Assembly: GCA_004022145.1 (NCBI GenBank)
Contig: RCNU01000002.1
Length of the DNA: 64,000 bases
Source of the DNA: Paecilomyces variotii
Lineage: Eukaryota
Direction: 5' to 3' (one strand)
A model generated the notes under the pieces. The model ran no database searches. It saw nothing but the letters and a program-made list of their open reading frames with translations, and was not told the origin of the DNA. Shown here one piece after another: positions 24,789-38,200 of this stretch. The translations under genes and the position numbers were made by a program. Each line of letters begins with the position of its first letter. Position 1 is the first letter of the stretch.

Positions 24789-27248
24789 CGTCGCTTTCCT
24801 TTACAACCGATATCAGGGGACGACGAGCGGTGTCTGCCAGCGGACTTCATTTAAAGCTTGAGTCGAACAAAGAATCGGGGCTTCCCTCCACGGCGCGTGT
24901 TGCTTTTGGTGAGTGTGGTCTTTTTTTTTCCTCTCTCCTTTCGTCTCTTTTTTTTTCCTCCGTCAGGCGCACAATGAACCAACTGTGAGAGGGGTAAATT
25001 TCTAACCCCAGTACCAGCTACAGCTGCAATTTACATCAATAAGGCCCAATACCGGCGGGAGGTTCCACGAATACAGCTGGGATAAGCCCGGATTGCTGCT
25101 TGTTTTGGCAAGCTTGCAAGCTCGGTGAATGCAGGGTACGGAGAGAAAAACAATGAGGATCGAGGCCGAGCACTAAGAGGTTGCATCATCGGCCCTCCGC
25201 CAGTGGACCAGAAAAAAAAGCACCGACAGGGAAGAAAAACAGAAGCCAGGTGCCCAGAACATTCCTATTCAGACACCATCCATGCAGCCAGAGAGCGGAA
25301 GAAGTTCGGGCTGGTGCGATCCATACTTCAAACCCATGTTTGCCGTTAGACGAGGCCAGAATAGTGCCTTCATTACCGCACCGAATCCGACTCCGCGCAG
25401 AAACGACAAAGAGCCCGTCTGAAATCAGGGGACGGTTCGTCCAATGGCTCTTAAAGGCCTGGAAGGATCGAAGAAGGACGATATAACCGTAACTCGACCG
25501 ACGGCAGCTCTGGGTGGACTAGACAGTTGTCAGGACTCCACCACTTCTCGGGCGGAACGAGATCGCGAACGCGAAACGGGTCTCTTAGTTGATCCCTGAC
25601 GCTCAAGCGCCCAAACGATCAGGATAGGTTGCGGAAAAAGGCACTTCTGCTCCAGTTGTTCCATCCCCTTTCCAGCTCGTCCAGCGCGGACCCCCGACAC
25701 GGCCCGGAGTCAGACGTCGGCTGTCCTCATGGAAAAAGATCGTGTGCGACGAGCATGCAGCTATCATGTTGATTTGTTCCAGAGGAACTTCAAGCACGGC
25801 CATGGAGGCGCCATTTGGTATCTCACAAACGCGCAAGCGATGTCCGTGCATTTCCTGGGCTGGCGCCAGCTGGGGTACATTAATTCCAACGAGATATACT
25901 TTTTCATTGTCTTCCTACTGAGGGAGATGGTGGGAGATCGTCGCCTACGGTTTGCATAACGGGACCTTGGAAGGAGAATTCCGCCAACTTTAACGGAGGT
26001 CTTGAACAGGGAAAGGCAGCTCTCCTGGAAGACGATGGGTCTTAGGAAGGTCGATCACTACCAGTCGGAAAGCCATGCATGCCCCCCCGACCATCGAGTC
26101 CAAAGCATCATTACCTTACCGTGATGTCTTTCCGCAGACGCATGCAGATGGGCTGTCCTACTCGAGGCCATTATATCATAACACCGTTCCCTGGGTAGTT
26201 CTGGCATCTATACAGGGCTTACCCCGTGCACACTGCCCTCTGGTGTAGTACAATGTATTATGTACTACCTTTTGGCTTTGGCGATGGCGGGCCGGCTGTC
26301 AGGCGCGGAGAGAAGCCTCTCGGACAGAAGGTTGTCCCATGGGGGATCGCTCCCACTATGGCGGAGAATAAGGAATTACAATTTAACCCCGTATTCCGGG
26401 GAGCACGAGGGCGAATACCATCCGCTAGCCATGGGACCTTGGGGGGGAGGACTCGTTCTTAGGTTTCTCCAGCTTTTGTATATATAGTCCATTATTTCGT
26501 GGGGTTGGTCGCAGTCCCGGAAATCTTTCGGGCAAAAGGGAGATCCGGGGGGAGGCTCTGGCGTTCCGCCTGTCACCGATGAGGTCAGGTTAGTTAAGGA
26601 GCGCCGGTCCCTAGCGCCCATGAGAGAACGAGAGAGAGAGAGGAGAGAGGAGAGAGAAGAGAGAAGCTTCATACGGCAGTACATAGCCATATCCCGACCA
26701 GCTTCACGTTGGAGAGACCCGAGGCGCGCACATCTGCCTTTCCAATGCCAATTCGATGAAGGTCGCACAGGAGAATCTGCTGCTCACGACAGTCTTGGGA
26801 CATCGCTTGGCTGAAATATAATTAATAATAACGAGGCATTTCGTCGTCTTGCCATCTAGGAAGCCTCGGTCGCTGCCCCACGTGACGCCACACCTGACCG
26901 GCAGAGATTCTCCGCAAAAGAGGAGAAAGAAGGAAAGCGTTGTTTTCTGCTTGGGATGTTTCTGTGATCTTTCTTTCTGCTCTTGCTCTTCTCCCTGATC
27001 TTCCCTTGTTCTCGGAATCTTCAGGCCTGCAGGTCGCGTGCTCTCCATCCTATTGACCCTCTGCCGTTCGACCTCGGTAGCTCCATTCTCCGGCCTTAAG
27101 TGGTGGGGAGCTCTCCGTTTCCGTCCGCCCTGCGATATATTCAAACCCCGTCAACTTGACTCATCTTCTGCCATTGAGCTGAATTATATCACCAGTGGCC
27201 AAGTTGTCTCGTTTCGCAGGCCTCGCGGCCTGGATAGCTCCTGACACT

Positions 27249-28785
27249 ATGTGGAAAGCGTCGGAGCGCCTGATGGACACCATCAGGCATTATGCCAGCT
27301 TCCCCGCAACTGGGGTCTCCCTGAGGCAAATGGTCCAGTTCGGAGACCGTCCATCGACTGGTAAGTTCCAATGTGTATTTTTGGACGGGGATGAATCGTG
27401 TGAGAGTCGCAAAAGGCAGTTGCTGATTATATGGCCTCTTTCTCCTCCGTTTAGGGACTCTATTCCGCGCATCTCAGTTCCTCTCCGAGGAGCTTCCCAT
27501 CCGTCTGGCACATCGGGTACAAGAACTTGGTGAACTTCCAGATGGCCTCAATGAGATGCCTTCCATCAAGAAGGTGCGAAACTGGTATGCACAATCATTC
27601 GAGGTATGTTTTTAGACGGGCACTGCCTTTCTCCGCAACTCAGATGGCTCATCTGTTTAGGAAATCATCAACCTTCCACGGCCCTCCCTCACTCAAGAGG
27701 TCAGGGGACGCCTGTTGAACAGCATGAAAACCAACGGAGGAGGATCAAAGATCTTATCAGAAGCGACACAAAATCCTAGCATCAAAGAGGGCCAATACCG
27801 CTCTTCACCGACCCTGACGAATGGACACGAGAACGGCAATGGGAAGGCCAAGGGAGCAGCGACCCGACGATACTTTGTCCCGTCCGATGACCGAGGAGAC
27901 TGGCCACCTGAACTCGATGACTACAACCAACGATTCGCGAAGTTGCTTCAGCAGGTCAAGCGACGCCACGATGGAGTCGTCACTACTGTCGCCCAGGGTA
28001 TCTTAGAATACAAGCGTCAACGGCAGCGTCTGCAAATTGATTCAAATATACAGTCTTTCCTCGACCGGTTCTATATGTCGCGTATCGGTATCCGAATGTT
28101 AATAGGTCAGCATATCGCGCTTACAGAACAAAAAGCCGTCCGCCATCCGAATTACGTGGGTATCATCTGCACCAAGACTAATGTACGAGAGCTGGCCCTG
28201 GAAGCAATCGAAAACGCGCGCTTTGTCTGTGAGGATCACTACGGACTATTTGAAGCTCCCAAGGTGCAGCTCGTCTGTAAACCCGATCTCAACTTCATGT
28301 ACGTTCCGGGTCATCTGTCGCACATGCTGTTCGAGACTCTCAAGAATTCTCTGCGTGCTGTGGTCGAGACCCATGGAGCGGACAAGGAAGAGTTTCCCGT
28401 TACCAAGGTCATCGTAGCGGAAGGCAGAGAGGACATCACCATCAAGATCTCGGACGAGGGCGGTGGCATCCCGCGATCGTCGATCCCGCTCGTCTGGACG
28501 TACATGTACACTACGGTCGATCAGACACCGAACTTGGATCCCGATTTTGACAAGAGCGACTTCAAAGCACCGATGGCTGGCTTTGGGTATGGACTACCGA
28601 TCAGCAGACTGTATGCTCGGTATTTCGGAGGTGACCTGAAATTAATCAGCATGGAAGGGTACGTACTTTCTGATCGTTGGGTCTGGCAGCGAATTAAATG
28701 TTGACATTTCCTCTTCCACAGCTATGGTACAGACGTCTACCTCCATCTCAACCGTCTCTCATCGAGTTCGGAGCCTCTCCAATGA
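27249..28785 (+). CDS. Mitochondrial pyruvate dehydrogenase kinase (BCKDK/PDK family)
   Basis: MWKASERLMDTIRHYASFPATGVSLRQM start. Introns 27361..27454, 27604..27660 and 28659..28721. Motifs FYMSRIGIRML, ETLKNSLRA, SDEGGGI and AGFGYGLPISRLYARYFGG. Confidence 0.95.
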
Positions 28786-29797
28786 CAATCACCAGTCATG
28801 AGGGATGGGCGCGCACGGTTCTCGTCTTTCAAAAGACTAGTTCCTCTCTACGAAGAGCCTGCCTCGCCTTCGCCGCCTCCACCGCCATCGCCATCCCGAG
28901 GATTGACGCCAATGAATACGCAAGCTCTCCGCTCGAAAGTGCGGACCAGAGAGGTTTCTGAACGCAAGCAGGTCGGAGATGCAGAGAGTCTTATCAATTC
29001 CGAACCATCTAGTGGTGCACGTGCTCACTCAGATGAAGATGAAATCTAAGGCTCGGTGGTCTGGCTGCCGCAACGATCTTGAACCAGTCAGTCTGGGAAT
29101 ATAGGAGTACGACAGCGGTAACTAGCAACAATTACGGCACCACCGTAGCGTGATACTATGTTATCTGTCGCCATTTCCCCCCGGGCTGGTCAAGAAGGGT
29201 TCTTTTACAACAGGGATTCTGATCGCAAACGGCGCAACCAGATTTCTGCGTCCTTGACCAGCATTTATCCAATGCAAGACGGCCACATCCAATCCGTTGC
29301 AAGGATAACTGTCTTGCGAAATTATCTTATACCCATGTCTACAACATATTTGAACATTGTGGCGTTGAGAGGTTTGTCTCAGCGCTTCACGAACAGTGCA
29401 GGTCAACATGGATGTGACTTGCGAGAAAGTTTTTTCTTCCAATTTCTCGATCTCCTAGGAATACTGTACATTACATGCTTATTCTTGTGTTTTTCTAACG
29501 ACGCTGCTGGAACGTCCATGTATTTAGCATGAATGCAAAATGAAAAGGGATACTCCAAATTTCAACCAGTGGTCTTGATTTTTTTTTTTTTTTTCCACAA
29601 ATGACATTTGTTTCCTATATATAGCTCTAAGTCATGTCTACCTACTGTATGTGTGCATGACCACAGGACGGAAGAAAAAGCAAAAAACATCAAAAACTTG
29701 ACATGATAATTTATTTCAATATATTCTAATCACCATACTAAAAGCCTAACCCATTGATAATAATAATAATAATAACAAGACCCATACCAATAACGCA

Positions 29798-30814
29798 TCA
29801 AATAGCCTGACTATCAAACTCTCTCTCCGAACCACTCCACCTTCGTCTCCTATCCCGCTCGCGCTCTCGACGCTGTCTCCCCGAACTCCTCCTCGCGCGA
29901 TCCCGCTCTCGCTCCCGATCCCGTTCGGGAGTCTTCCCCTTGCTCTTCGACGGGGTATGACTTGCATCAGGCCTGCGCCAGCCCGCATCGTCGTCTTCGT
30001 AGACATCAATAACCGTCCCTGGAACGAGATGCGATGTTCCCGCGGCTGTGAAGCGGTCCATTCGGATCGCGGTGGCGGCGCGCGGGTCGTCGGGAGCCAT
30101 GAGTTGAGCGAGGAAACGACGGCGGGTTTGGGGGATTGTCTTTTTTTCTCACCTTGTTAGCAGGCTTGTTATGATTGTTTTACGGGGAAAAAAGCCTCGT
30201 GGAGATCTGGTATTATACACAGCAAGCAAGAGAGCGTGTATGAAATGAATAAATGAATGAATGAGTGCGCGGCATACATACCTCATGAGCAGCCAACGCC
30301 TGAATCATAAGTAACTCTCGATCCGACAAGACTGAAAGAGCAGAATGTCTCCCCTCACGATGGATACTACGGGCTTTTTTCTCGTACGCGCTTGCAGTGA
30401 GGTATCCTCTACCTGTGTCTCGGGCGCGGTCGGATGTTGTTGCTGAGTTGGGGTCGTGGGGTCTATGACCTGTATCAGCATTAGTATTTTAGTACATATA
30501 TATATATATGTATGTATGTATGTATGGCTGTCCTTGGATTTGGGGGGAGGGGCATGTGTATCCTGGATGAAAATCGGGAATGGATGATGGTGATGGTGAT
30601 AACATTACATACCATATCCCATCCTTTGCTGCTGCTGCTGCTGTTGCTGTTGTCTTTGCTGTTGCTGATACTGAAACCGACCTGCTGCCGTTGTCGTCTC
30701 CGACGCATCAATCTGCATCAGATCATCATTCTCATCATCGATGACGATTGCATCTTCCTCCTCTTGACCTGGTCGTCGGTAGTTTCGAGGATGGAGGGTA
30801 GTCTGGCGAGACAT
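29798..30814 (-). CDS. Hypothetical protein with poly-Q and an Arg/Glu-rich C-terminus
   Basis: Exon 30814..30613, intron 30612..30470, exon ..HREGRHSALSVLSDRELLMIQALAAHE, intron 30281..30140 (AAG acceptor), exon TIPQTRRRFLAQLMAPDD..SQAI. Splicing keeps one continuous frame. Confidence 0.7.
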
Positions 30815-32363
30815 TGTAAAATGCGAAAAGCTGGTTTTCAGACTTTGTGGATATAGTCAAGATGGAGAGAAAAGGGGGACAAAAAGAGGGGTTAGAGGAG
30901 TAAATGTTGCTGGTAAGTTATAAGACTCCTTGAAGTGGAATTTGGTTTGAGAAAGAAAGAAAGAACGAAAGAATCTATACAGATTCCCAACGGTCCTTAT
31001 TCGAATGCAGCGATGATAGAAGGTCGAGGAGGGTGGAGGTAATTTCCCAACCCGCACAGCAGGCACTCAGGGTTTCTTCTGACTTCGAAGCAAGAGTAGA
31101 GCGGAGAAAAGAAAAGTGATATATCTCAAGCCGGAGGAGGAAAAAAAGAAAGAAACAGCGCAATAATAACGAAAGTTTCAATAACCTGGTCCCATTAAGA
31201 AACAAGGACAAGAGATATAATGCAATTCAATGCGGTTTTTTTGGCGCGGAGGAGTGATGTATTCAACAGGAAAATCCTCAACGGAAATACAGCCTTTCTT
31301 GCGGGGAAGTTGGTGTAAGTAGGTACTTGTGCACCGCTCGATTCAAACAGAGATTCAACAGACGCAGTTATCTCAGCTTACGAGGTAAGCTCGTGCGGCT
31401 GTGCTCAGGAATGTATTGCAGGAACCTCTCCAGGAAAGTGTCTTCAGGACATTGTAGTTGTTTACTAGTTCGGTTGGAGTGATGTTGATATCCAAAGTCA
31501 TGTAGTCCGGCCAGTGATGATCTCGATGAAGCTCACTGGGCACATGCTTAGTCATCGCATCACATGCAAAGCGCAACCTCCTAAAACGCTAACAGCAAAT
31601 CTACAACGTTAATGCATATACATTAAGTTACGAATGCAGCCCTTCACTGTGAAGTTTCAAGGATATCATTTCATTCCATTTTCGGAGGATCTTGATTAGC
31701 CCCGCTAATATCATTATCCGCATGATTCTGCCGCGGAGACGGGCAAGGTTATAAAAAAAGAAAAGAAAAACACCAACGACGCATCTGAGATCCAGGACAA
31801 GCGTATATTTCACCATCGAATCCCGAATATTGGGACAAAGACATCGAACAAAACACACAAAGATGCGATGAGGTAAATATGGTCCAAGATTGGTGAGCAC
31901 TAGACGTGGGTGAAATCGAGTGTATCCAGCAGAGAGCCAGCCAACGGTGCACAGAAAACACAACACATTTGGATGAAGATGAAAACGTAGCATCGGATCC
32001 CATGATAAAAGAAAAGAAAAAAAAAAATCAACAACAAAAGAATAAACGGGAATCTTCCTCGAAGATCTTTCAACCGTAAACGGGAATAGAGAAATCAAAC
32101 GTTATGAAATAAAAAAAAAATATTGGAAAGAGGAATATACCCCAACTCCATGCATACAATGCCGCTAAAAAGAAGTTGATGAAGGTGCTAAATGGCAGGA
32201 GGTGCTGGAGCCAAGCCAAATCCGATGCCGCAAAACACGCATTCCAGAGGAAGCGAATCTGTCACCCGCCCACGTCGCTCACAGGCGACTAAATGAAGGG
32301 CGAGGAATTAGAAAACAGATGATAATATAGTCGAGGACGCATACGGGTCATTAAATAGGATGC

Positions 32364-34641
32364 TTAACATCCGTGCACAAGAGTGTTCTTAGGCCATTCA
32401 TACGGCGTTTGTTCCCTACAGCGAGCGCGTTAGAATCATTGTCCCTATCAGTGAGTATACTTTCGAGATAAACATACCAATGTGTCAAGTTAGGATTGCT
32501 GTACGCCTCCGGATGATTCTTGATGTATTCTGTGGTCTCGTAGCCAGGAGGATCACACGTCATCAAGTTTTCATCGGGATCCTGGTAGATGCGAATGTAG
32601 TCGACGCGCATCGTTGCAGGGAGGAGCTTTCCAATGGCTGTCATGTTGATGCTCGAGAAACTATTGGACATACCAAAGTTCATCACAATCGACAGGGGCT
32701 CGGTAGGAATCACACGTTGTCCGACATTTCCGTTCGGGCCAATGCTTCGAGCATCAACGGTCCAGGTCTTGTCCTGGCCAACGAACCAGGTCAGGTCGCC
32801 GTCTGCGCCGGGGGTATACTCGAATGCATAAACCTGGTACTCGTTCCCGTCGTACCATTTATTGTTCAGCTTGGTCAGAGCAGACATGGCTTGTTGATAA
32901 GGACCTCCTCGGTACGAGTTGATCTCAGTAATTTGTGGGTTGTAGAGAGCCACGAAATCTAATCACAGTCAATAACTATACATGAACATCTCCGGGCGGA
33001 GGGGGCACTGCGTATCCCTTACCATAGTCTGGCATGTACCAAATGTCGTAAGGGGCGATCTGCAAACTCTGAGATACGTCACCAACCATGTTGCCCTTGT
33101 CATCCAAGGCCCCGACGGACGCCTCGATAACATCGATTTCCGGTGCGGAACGCGAGTGTCCGGGGGAGGGGTGATCGGCGTTCGGACAAGTACAAGCAGG
33201 AAGACGCATGCCGGGAAGATAGCTGATTCCGTCGGTGGAACTCTGGTTGGCTGTGATACCAGCATCACAGATATCCTCGTAACTGTACGGCCACATGCCA
33301 TCTGTCGTAGCAGCATAACCCGGACGACCTAGATTGCCCATCGCCCAGAAGCCGGGCCAGAAACCCACGGTATCGCCGCGACCCGGGAGGGAGATACTGG
33401 CCTCCAGTCGTCCACCTTTGAAACATAGCTTGTTCCAGCTCTGAAGCATGCCAGATCGGTAGTTCAGATCATGATTCTGAAACGCGTCGAATCGAATCTC
33501 CAAAACGCCGTCTTTTGTCGTGATAGCGTCGGGATCGTACCACTGTTTGAGGGAGTCAGTTTCCAGGACATTGTCATGTGCTGGCTGGGAAAGGGTCAAA
33601 CCGACCTCGAGATCCATCGTGACACCATACCAAATATCGACTCCTTGAAAGTAGGGGTCATCACCATCGTAAAAAGTTCGGCCATCCGTATTGAATTCGT
33701 CGGAGAACTAGACGACGTGAGTACTCTGTTTCTCCCCAGAAAATCCGTAGAAAACATCTCCGAACTTACCACCAGCTCCCAAGTCTTCCCATTGGCTGCC
33801 GTGATCGACTTGGCCGAGTCAGGTGTATCGGGGTCGATCAGGCCGGTCCGAATGTTCTTCAACAGCGGAACTTCGCCCACGTCCAAGCACAATGGATCAC
33901 CAGCACATGGCGAAACAGCGGGCGAGTCAAATCTCCGGACGAATGTTCTGCAGATGGTCCTCTAGGTTAGCACGCCTCTTGCGGAAGAGGAAAGGTAACA
34001 CACGGGGATCCATACAATATAGGGTATACAATGAAAAGACACAGCAGGCCTGCTGCGAAGATGATAAGACCACCCAGGTTGACTAAACCTCTGGTGTTGC
34101 AGATATCACAGTCCCGGTCTTTGTCATTAGGATCGGGATTGTGCAAGTAGTCATCCTTCTCAACGTCCTCCGGAAACAACAGTAGCCCTTCTGTTGGCAT
34201 AATATTGTACTTCTCGGAGACCGTTTGCGTGTTGACATCGTTATCGTCACTGCTATCCGCCCTCGACGGCGCTCTAGAATCTTCGAACGGGTTGTATGAG
34301 AAGGCCCTGCTGCTCCGGCTCCCCACGTCGGAGCTCCAACTCGTCCGCCTCGACGAGAAAGCAGACAGGTCTGGAGATTGCGGCGAGTCGAGTTCTTCCC
34401 GCGGCCGATGCGAGGTCCGCACCGGGGGGATCAGAAACTCGGCCGATGCGCCGGGAGAGTTGGGTGACCGCAGCGCGGGTGACTGTAGACCTGGTGATTG
34501 CGGTAGCAAGTTGCGGGATACTGGCGAGGGTGCTGCGCTGAAGCTGGGAGAATCCATATCGACATTGGGATCCTGTCGACCTGAATTGAGCCGAATATGA
34601 GGCGTTGCCCGTCCACCACCGGGGGGTATCTCTTGAGCCAT
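32364..34641 (-). CDS. kre6: Beta-1,6-glucan synthesis-associated protein Kre6/Skn1 (GH16)
   Basis: Cytosolic Ser/Pro-rich N-terminus, [10 protein letters not shown], a single [31 protein letters not shown] and catalytic EIDVIE. Spliced last exon is [19 protein letters not shown]. Confidence 0.93.
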
Positions 34642-35198
34642 GTTGGTCTGGTTGGAATCTGCCCGTCGTCTCAACTGCCAAAGCTATGGATATAACTTTC
34701 TTGGACTACCACACGAGTCTCCGGCCGGAGACTGGGTCAGCGAACCAAGATCACGATTGAACCTCAGTTCGAGCCTCGACCGTGACGACACTCCGGATCT
34801 CGTTTCCCCTCACTTATTTCCGGACCAGTCCGCAACGCGTTTCGGGGGTGAAAGGACGAGAAGAGAGCTAATTGATCCGGAGCTCCCCAAAGGCCTTTTT
34901 TGTTTCCTTCCCTGGTATCACCGATCAAACACCTCGAACCTATTCCCAACGCGCCGACACAGCTAGGAAACTCTGCGGTTATAGAGTGGTTCGCAAATCT
35001 CAAGTGTTCGCCTGGATTTGCGACGTGTCGAACAAGAATTCCAGGCGATGATTCTTTGCGGGGAGGGGAAAGAGAGGGGAAGACGTGACCAAAGAAAGAA
35101 GTAGTTTTTTTAGTAACGACTGACTTAAGTGGAAGAGATAACAATGGGGGGGAAGAACGATTGTTTGACAGCAGCGAGCGAGCGAGCGGACAGGACAA

Positions 35199-35224
35199 TC
35201 TCTCTCTCTCTCTCTCTCTCTCTC
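35199..35224. repeat. (TC)13 microsatellite
   Basis: Direct reading. Confidence 0.9.
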
Positions 35225-38200
35225 AATCTAGCAGATCGATTGTCCCTTTGGGGCGGATGTAGCGCGTGCAACGGAGAGAAGAACTAGGAAAAGAAAGACT
35301 AGCTAGAGTCGAGCAGGTGGACGTGCAGAGAGTTAGGTCAACGTCTCGAGGTTCGAGCATGGACTATGGACTAGTTGCTATAGGTGGTGATGGGCCAACG
35401 AGCATCCAGGAGAGAACTGAAGGGTCCAGAGAATGCTGGCATGCACACCGACCGGGGGAACGCGCCCCATGGTTGGCGGGCACGCAGTGGGTAAACGATG
35501 AGGTTCACTAATGATGTTAGGGGAGTCGTGAAAAAGCGTTGGTGCTTGGATTGTCTGCTTGTTCGTCTAGAATCGGCGGATGCTCTTGGGAGCCGCTAAG
35601 TGCCGCTGGAGATTGGCTGGGCGCAGAAACCAGGGGAAAAAGGCTGGAGCATCCACGGTTTGGTGTCGTTTCAACGGGATGAGCCGTTCATTGTTCTTTT
35701 CGCGAGGGGGGATAGCGTTGTTTGTTGTTGAGCATCCATAATAATAATAGTGGTTCAACTGGTGATAGTCAGTAGTTGTTGACCCGGAAGGAAGGAATTG
35801 AATTCCATTTCCCGCTTGGAATGAATGCTGCCCACTCCTATGGGAATCATAGGAATCTCTCCAGACTTCAAACGGTAATAATGCCAAAATAAGAATGGAC
35901 TGCTATCTAAGGAGGTCTCAGACCGTCCAGAACTTGATGAAGGACGGCAGTAGTTCGATACTTGCGATCACGCTAATTGTCTAGGCGCCAGGAAAGGATT
36001 GGATACAACAACGACGGTGTGCGATTAGCCCTCACTGCTTGAACCCTGCCAGATCTCATCGGGCGTTTCTTTTTCTTTCGATTTTCTTACACTGCCCCCG
36101 GTGGCGCTGGGGCGATAATCATATCTTGCTTTCTCTTCGATCAGGTTCCGTCCTGAGGAAAACCGGATAGGAGACATTATTAGTAGTATTAACTACATAC
36201 CATAGTATCCTGACTCTCCGGATTGTCCGCTCAGTTACCCCTATAAGCAAAGAGAGTCTCGGGCCTCTCCGAGTACCAGAATTAATTATTAGTTTAGTGT
36301 CTTAAAAGGATCTCCAAAAGCTTGGCTTTTTCTGAGTCAGCCCGTTCGCACAGATCAGCTTTTTCTCGCTTTTGCCCCTTTGAAGGCTTGGGGGATTCCC
36401 CTTTTGGGAAGGGTAATAATTAATTAATTAATTAATTAAATCGCAGGGCGGCACAGCAGTCGAATAATATTAACTAGCAGTGCTTGGCCCCTCATTCACA
36501 AAAAGTATACATATACACATACATACAATTATACAAATCATATATCATACAAACTCCAGTCGGATGGACATCAGTCTACGGGAAGCCGATGCAGCACCCG
36601 AGTTAGATAGATACTACTACTCGACACGTTAAGCGAATTACCATAATTTACTCTGAATCTGTCTGTCCATGATCGACCGACTAGTTACTAGTAGCATCTC
36701 TGGAGCTGTAGAATCATCCAACCGCTCCGGCCACAGCCGGTCGGAAGTTGTCAATAATCCATCCGCCCGCACAAACGATGGACGAACCCTTTGGCTGGGA
36801 CTGCTAACAAAACAACAATCATGCTGCTAACCTAGTCGACTGACATGGCGCTGCGATCGACCGTGAAGACCACGCGGCCATAACTGCGTGAGGAATGGAG
36901 GGGCCGACACCAGGCCAATGCCAACGGAGGCTTGCATTCCGCTGGAGGCATCGTGAAGGCCCAAAGGAGACAGACAGCATCTTCTTTTTTTTTTCCCCAC
37001 GGCGGCGACCATGATCTTCATCCTCCCGCCTCGAAGCAGCAGCATTGAACCAGTTGCCGGTTCCACCGAGCGCTTCGATCTATCCAGACATGCCAAGAGC
37101 ATCCGCCCATCGAAAGTGCCATGCCAGGCGTCGTGGCGATCGCTGAATCCCCTGTCCATAACTAGCTGCTATGCGTCGTTGCTGGCTATCTATCGATCGT
37201 TTGTTTTCACGTTTCAAGGCAGCGAGAATTTCGGACGCTTGGAAGCCGGGGTCAGAATCACAGAACCCCCTGTCCTGTCTGCATTATTATCTAAATTATC
37301 TAAAATGAACAATCGAATCTCGGAGAATTCGTGTTTCACGCGATCGCGGCACGGCATGTCGGGAATGGAGCAAAGACCAAGGAGATGACCGTGAGCCAGC
37401 GCCAGCACATTCATTACTAATCTCTTCAGAGTGTGGTTAACTTAACTAATTAACTATTTATTAACTAGTTAACGTATGTTAGTTACAAGAACTCTTGATA
37501 TAACTACTACTCAACACCTAATCTGCCAGATGCACATCACCAACGTTCAGGCGCAACGGGGTGGATATACACAGAAATGGAGCGGTGACCAGACGCGGCA
37601 TTGCTGGTAACTTCGCACCGTTTCTCTGGCCAACGAGCATTCGCTACGCTCCATTGCGACATCGGGAAGGGCGATTAACTTATTAAGGGACATTTAGACC
37701 TGCTGATCTTTCCGACCCGAACGCTGATCGTCCCCGAAGTTTTCGAGAAACCATCTCGGGAGGGAATCTCTAGTCTGCGGCCGGTGTCTGAAGACTAAAG
37801 AGAAAATTTCGTTCCTTTTTTTCCGCTTCTGAGGGAATTATAATAATAATTCATAGGCAACAGCGTGCTGCGTGGATAATTTACATAACAGGAGAATAGT
37901 GGCATGCGAAAGTGGTACATCGTTAGTAATAATCATAATAATGATGATGATGGACGGTATTATTATTGTGCTTACTGGCTGGCACCGCTGAGAAACAAAT
38001 CCTGACAGGCATCGATCCACGGTTCTTCCTGCCGATGCTGAAACAGTACCATGAAAATATTCCCATGGATGGAAAGCAAAGGAACCCTCCTTGCGTGTTG
38101 ACCTGCGCGTGATTCTTACGGTATGCCACAATCCGGTTCTTGCTGGCTCGTCCGGCATAATAGAGGGGGCCAAAGACGTCAACCTGCAGTGGTTCTCTAT

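Noticed and set aside
26956-26967. Three-codon uORF (MFL) upstream of PDK
   Set aside because: It lies before the CT-rich tract where transcription probably starts, so it may not be in the mRNA.
31514-31560. GTGATGA as a C/D snoRNA box C
   Set aside because: No suitably placed CTGA box D or terminal stem.
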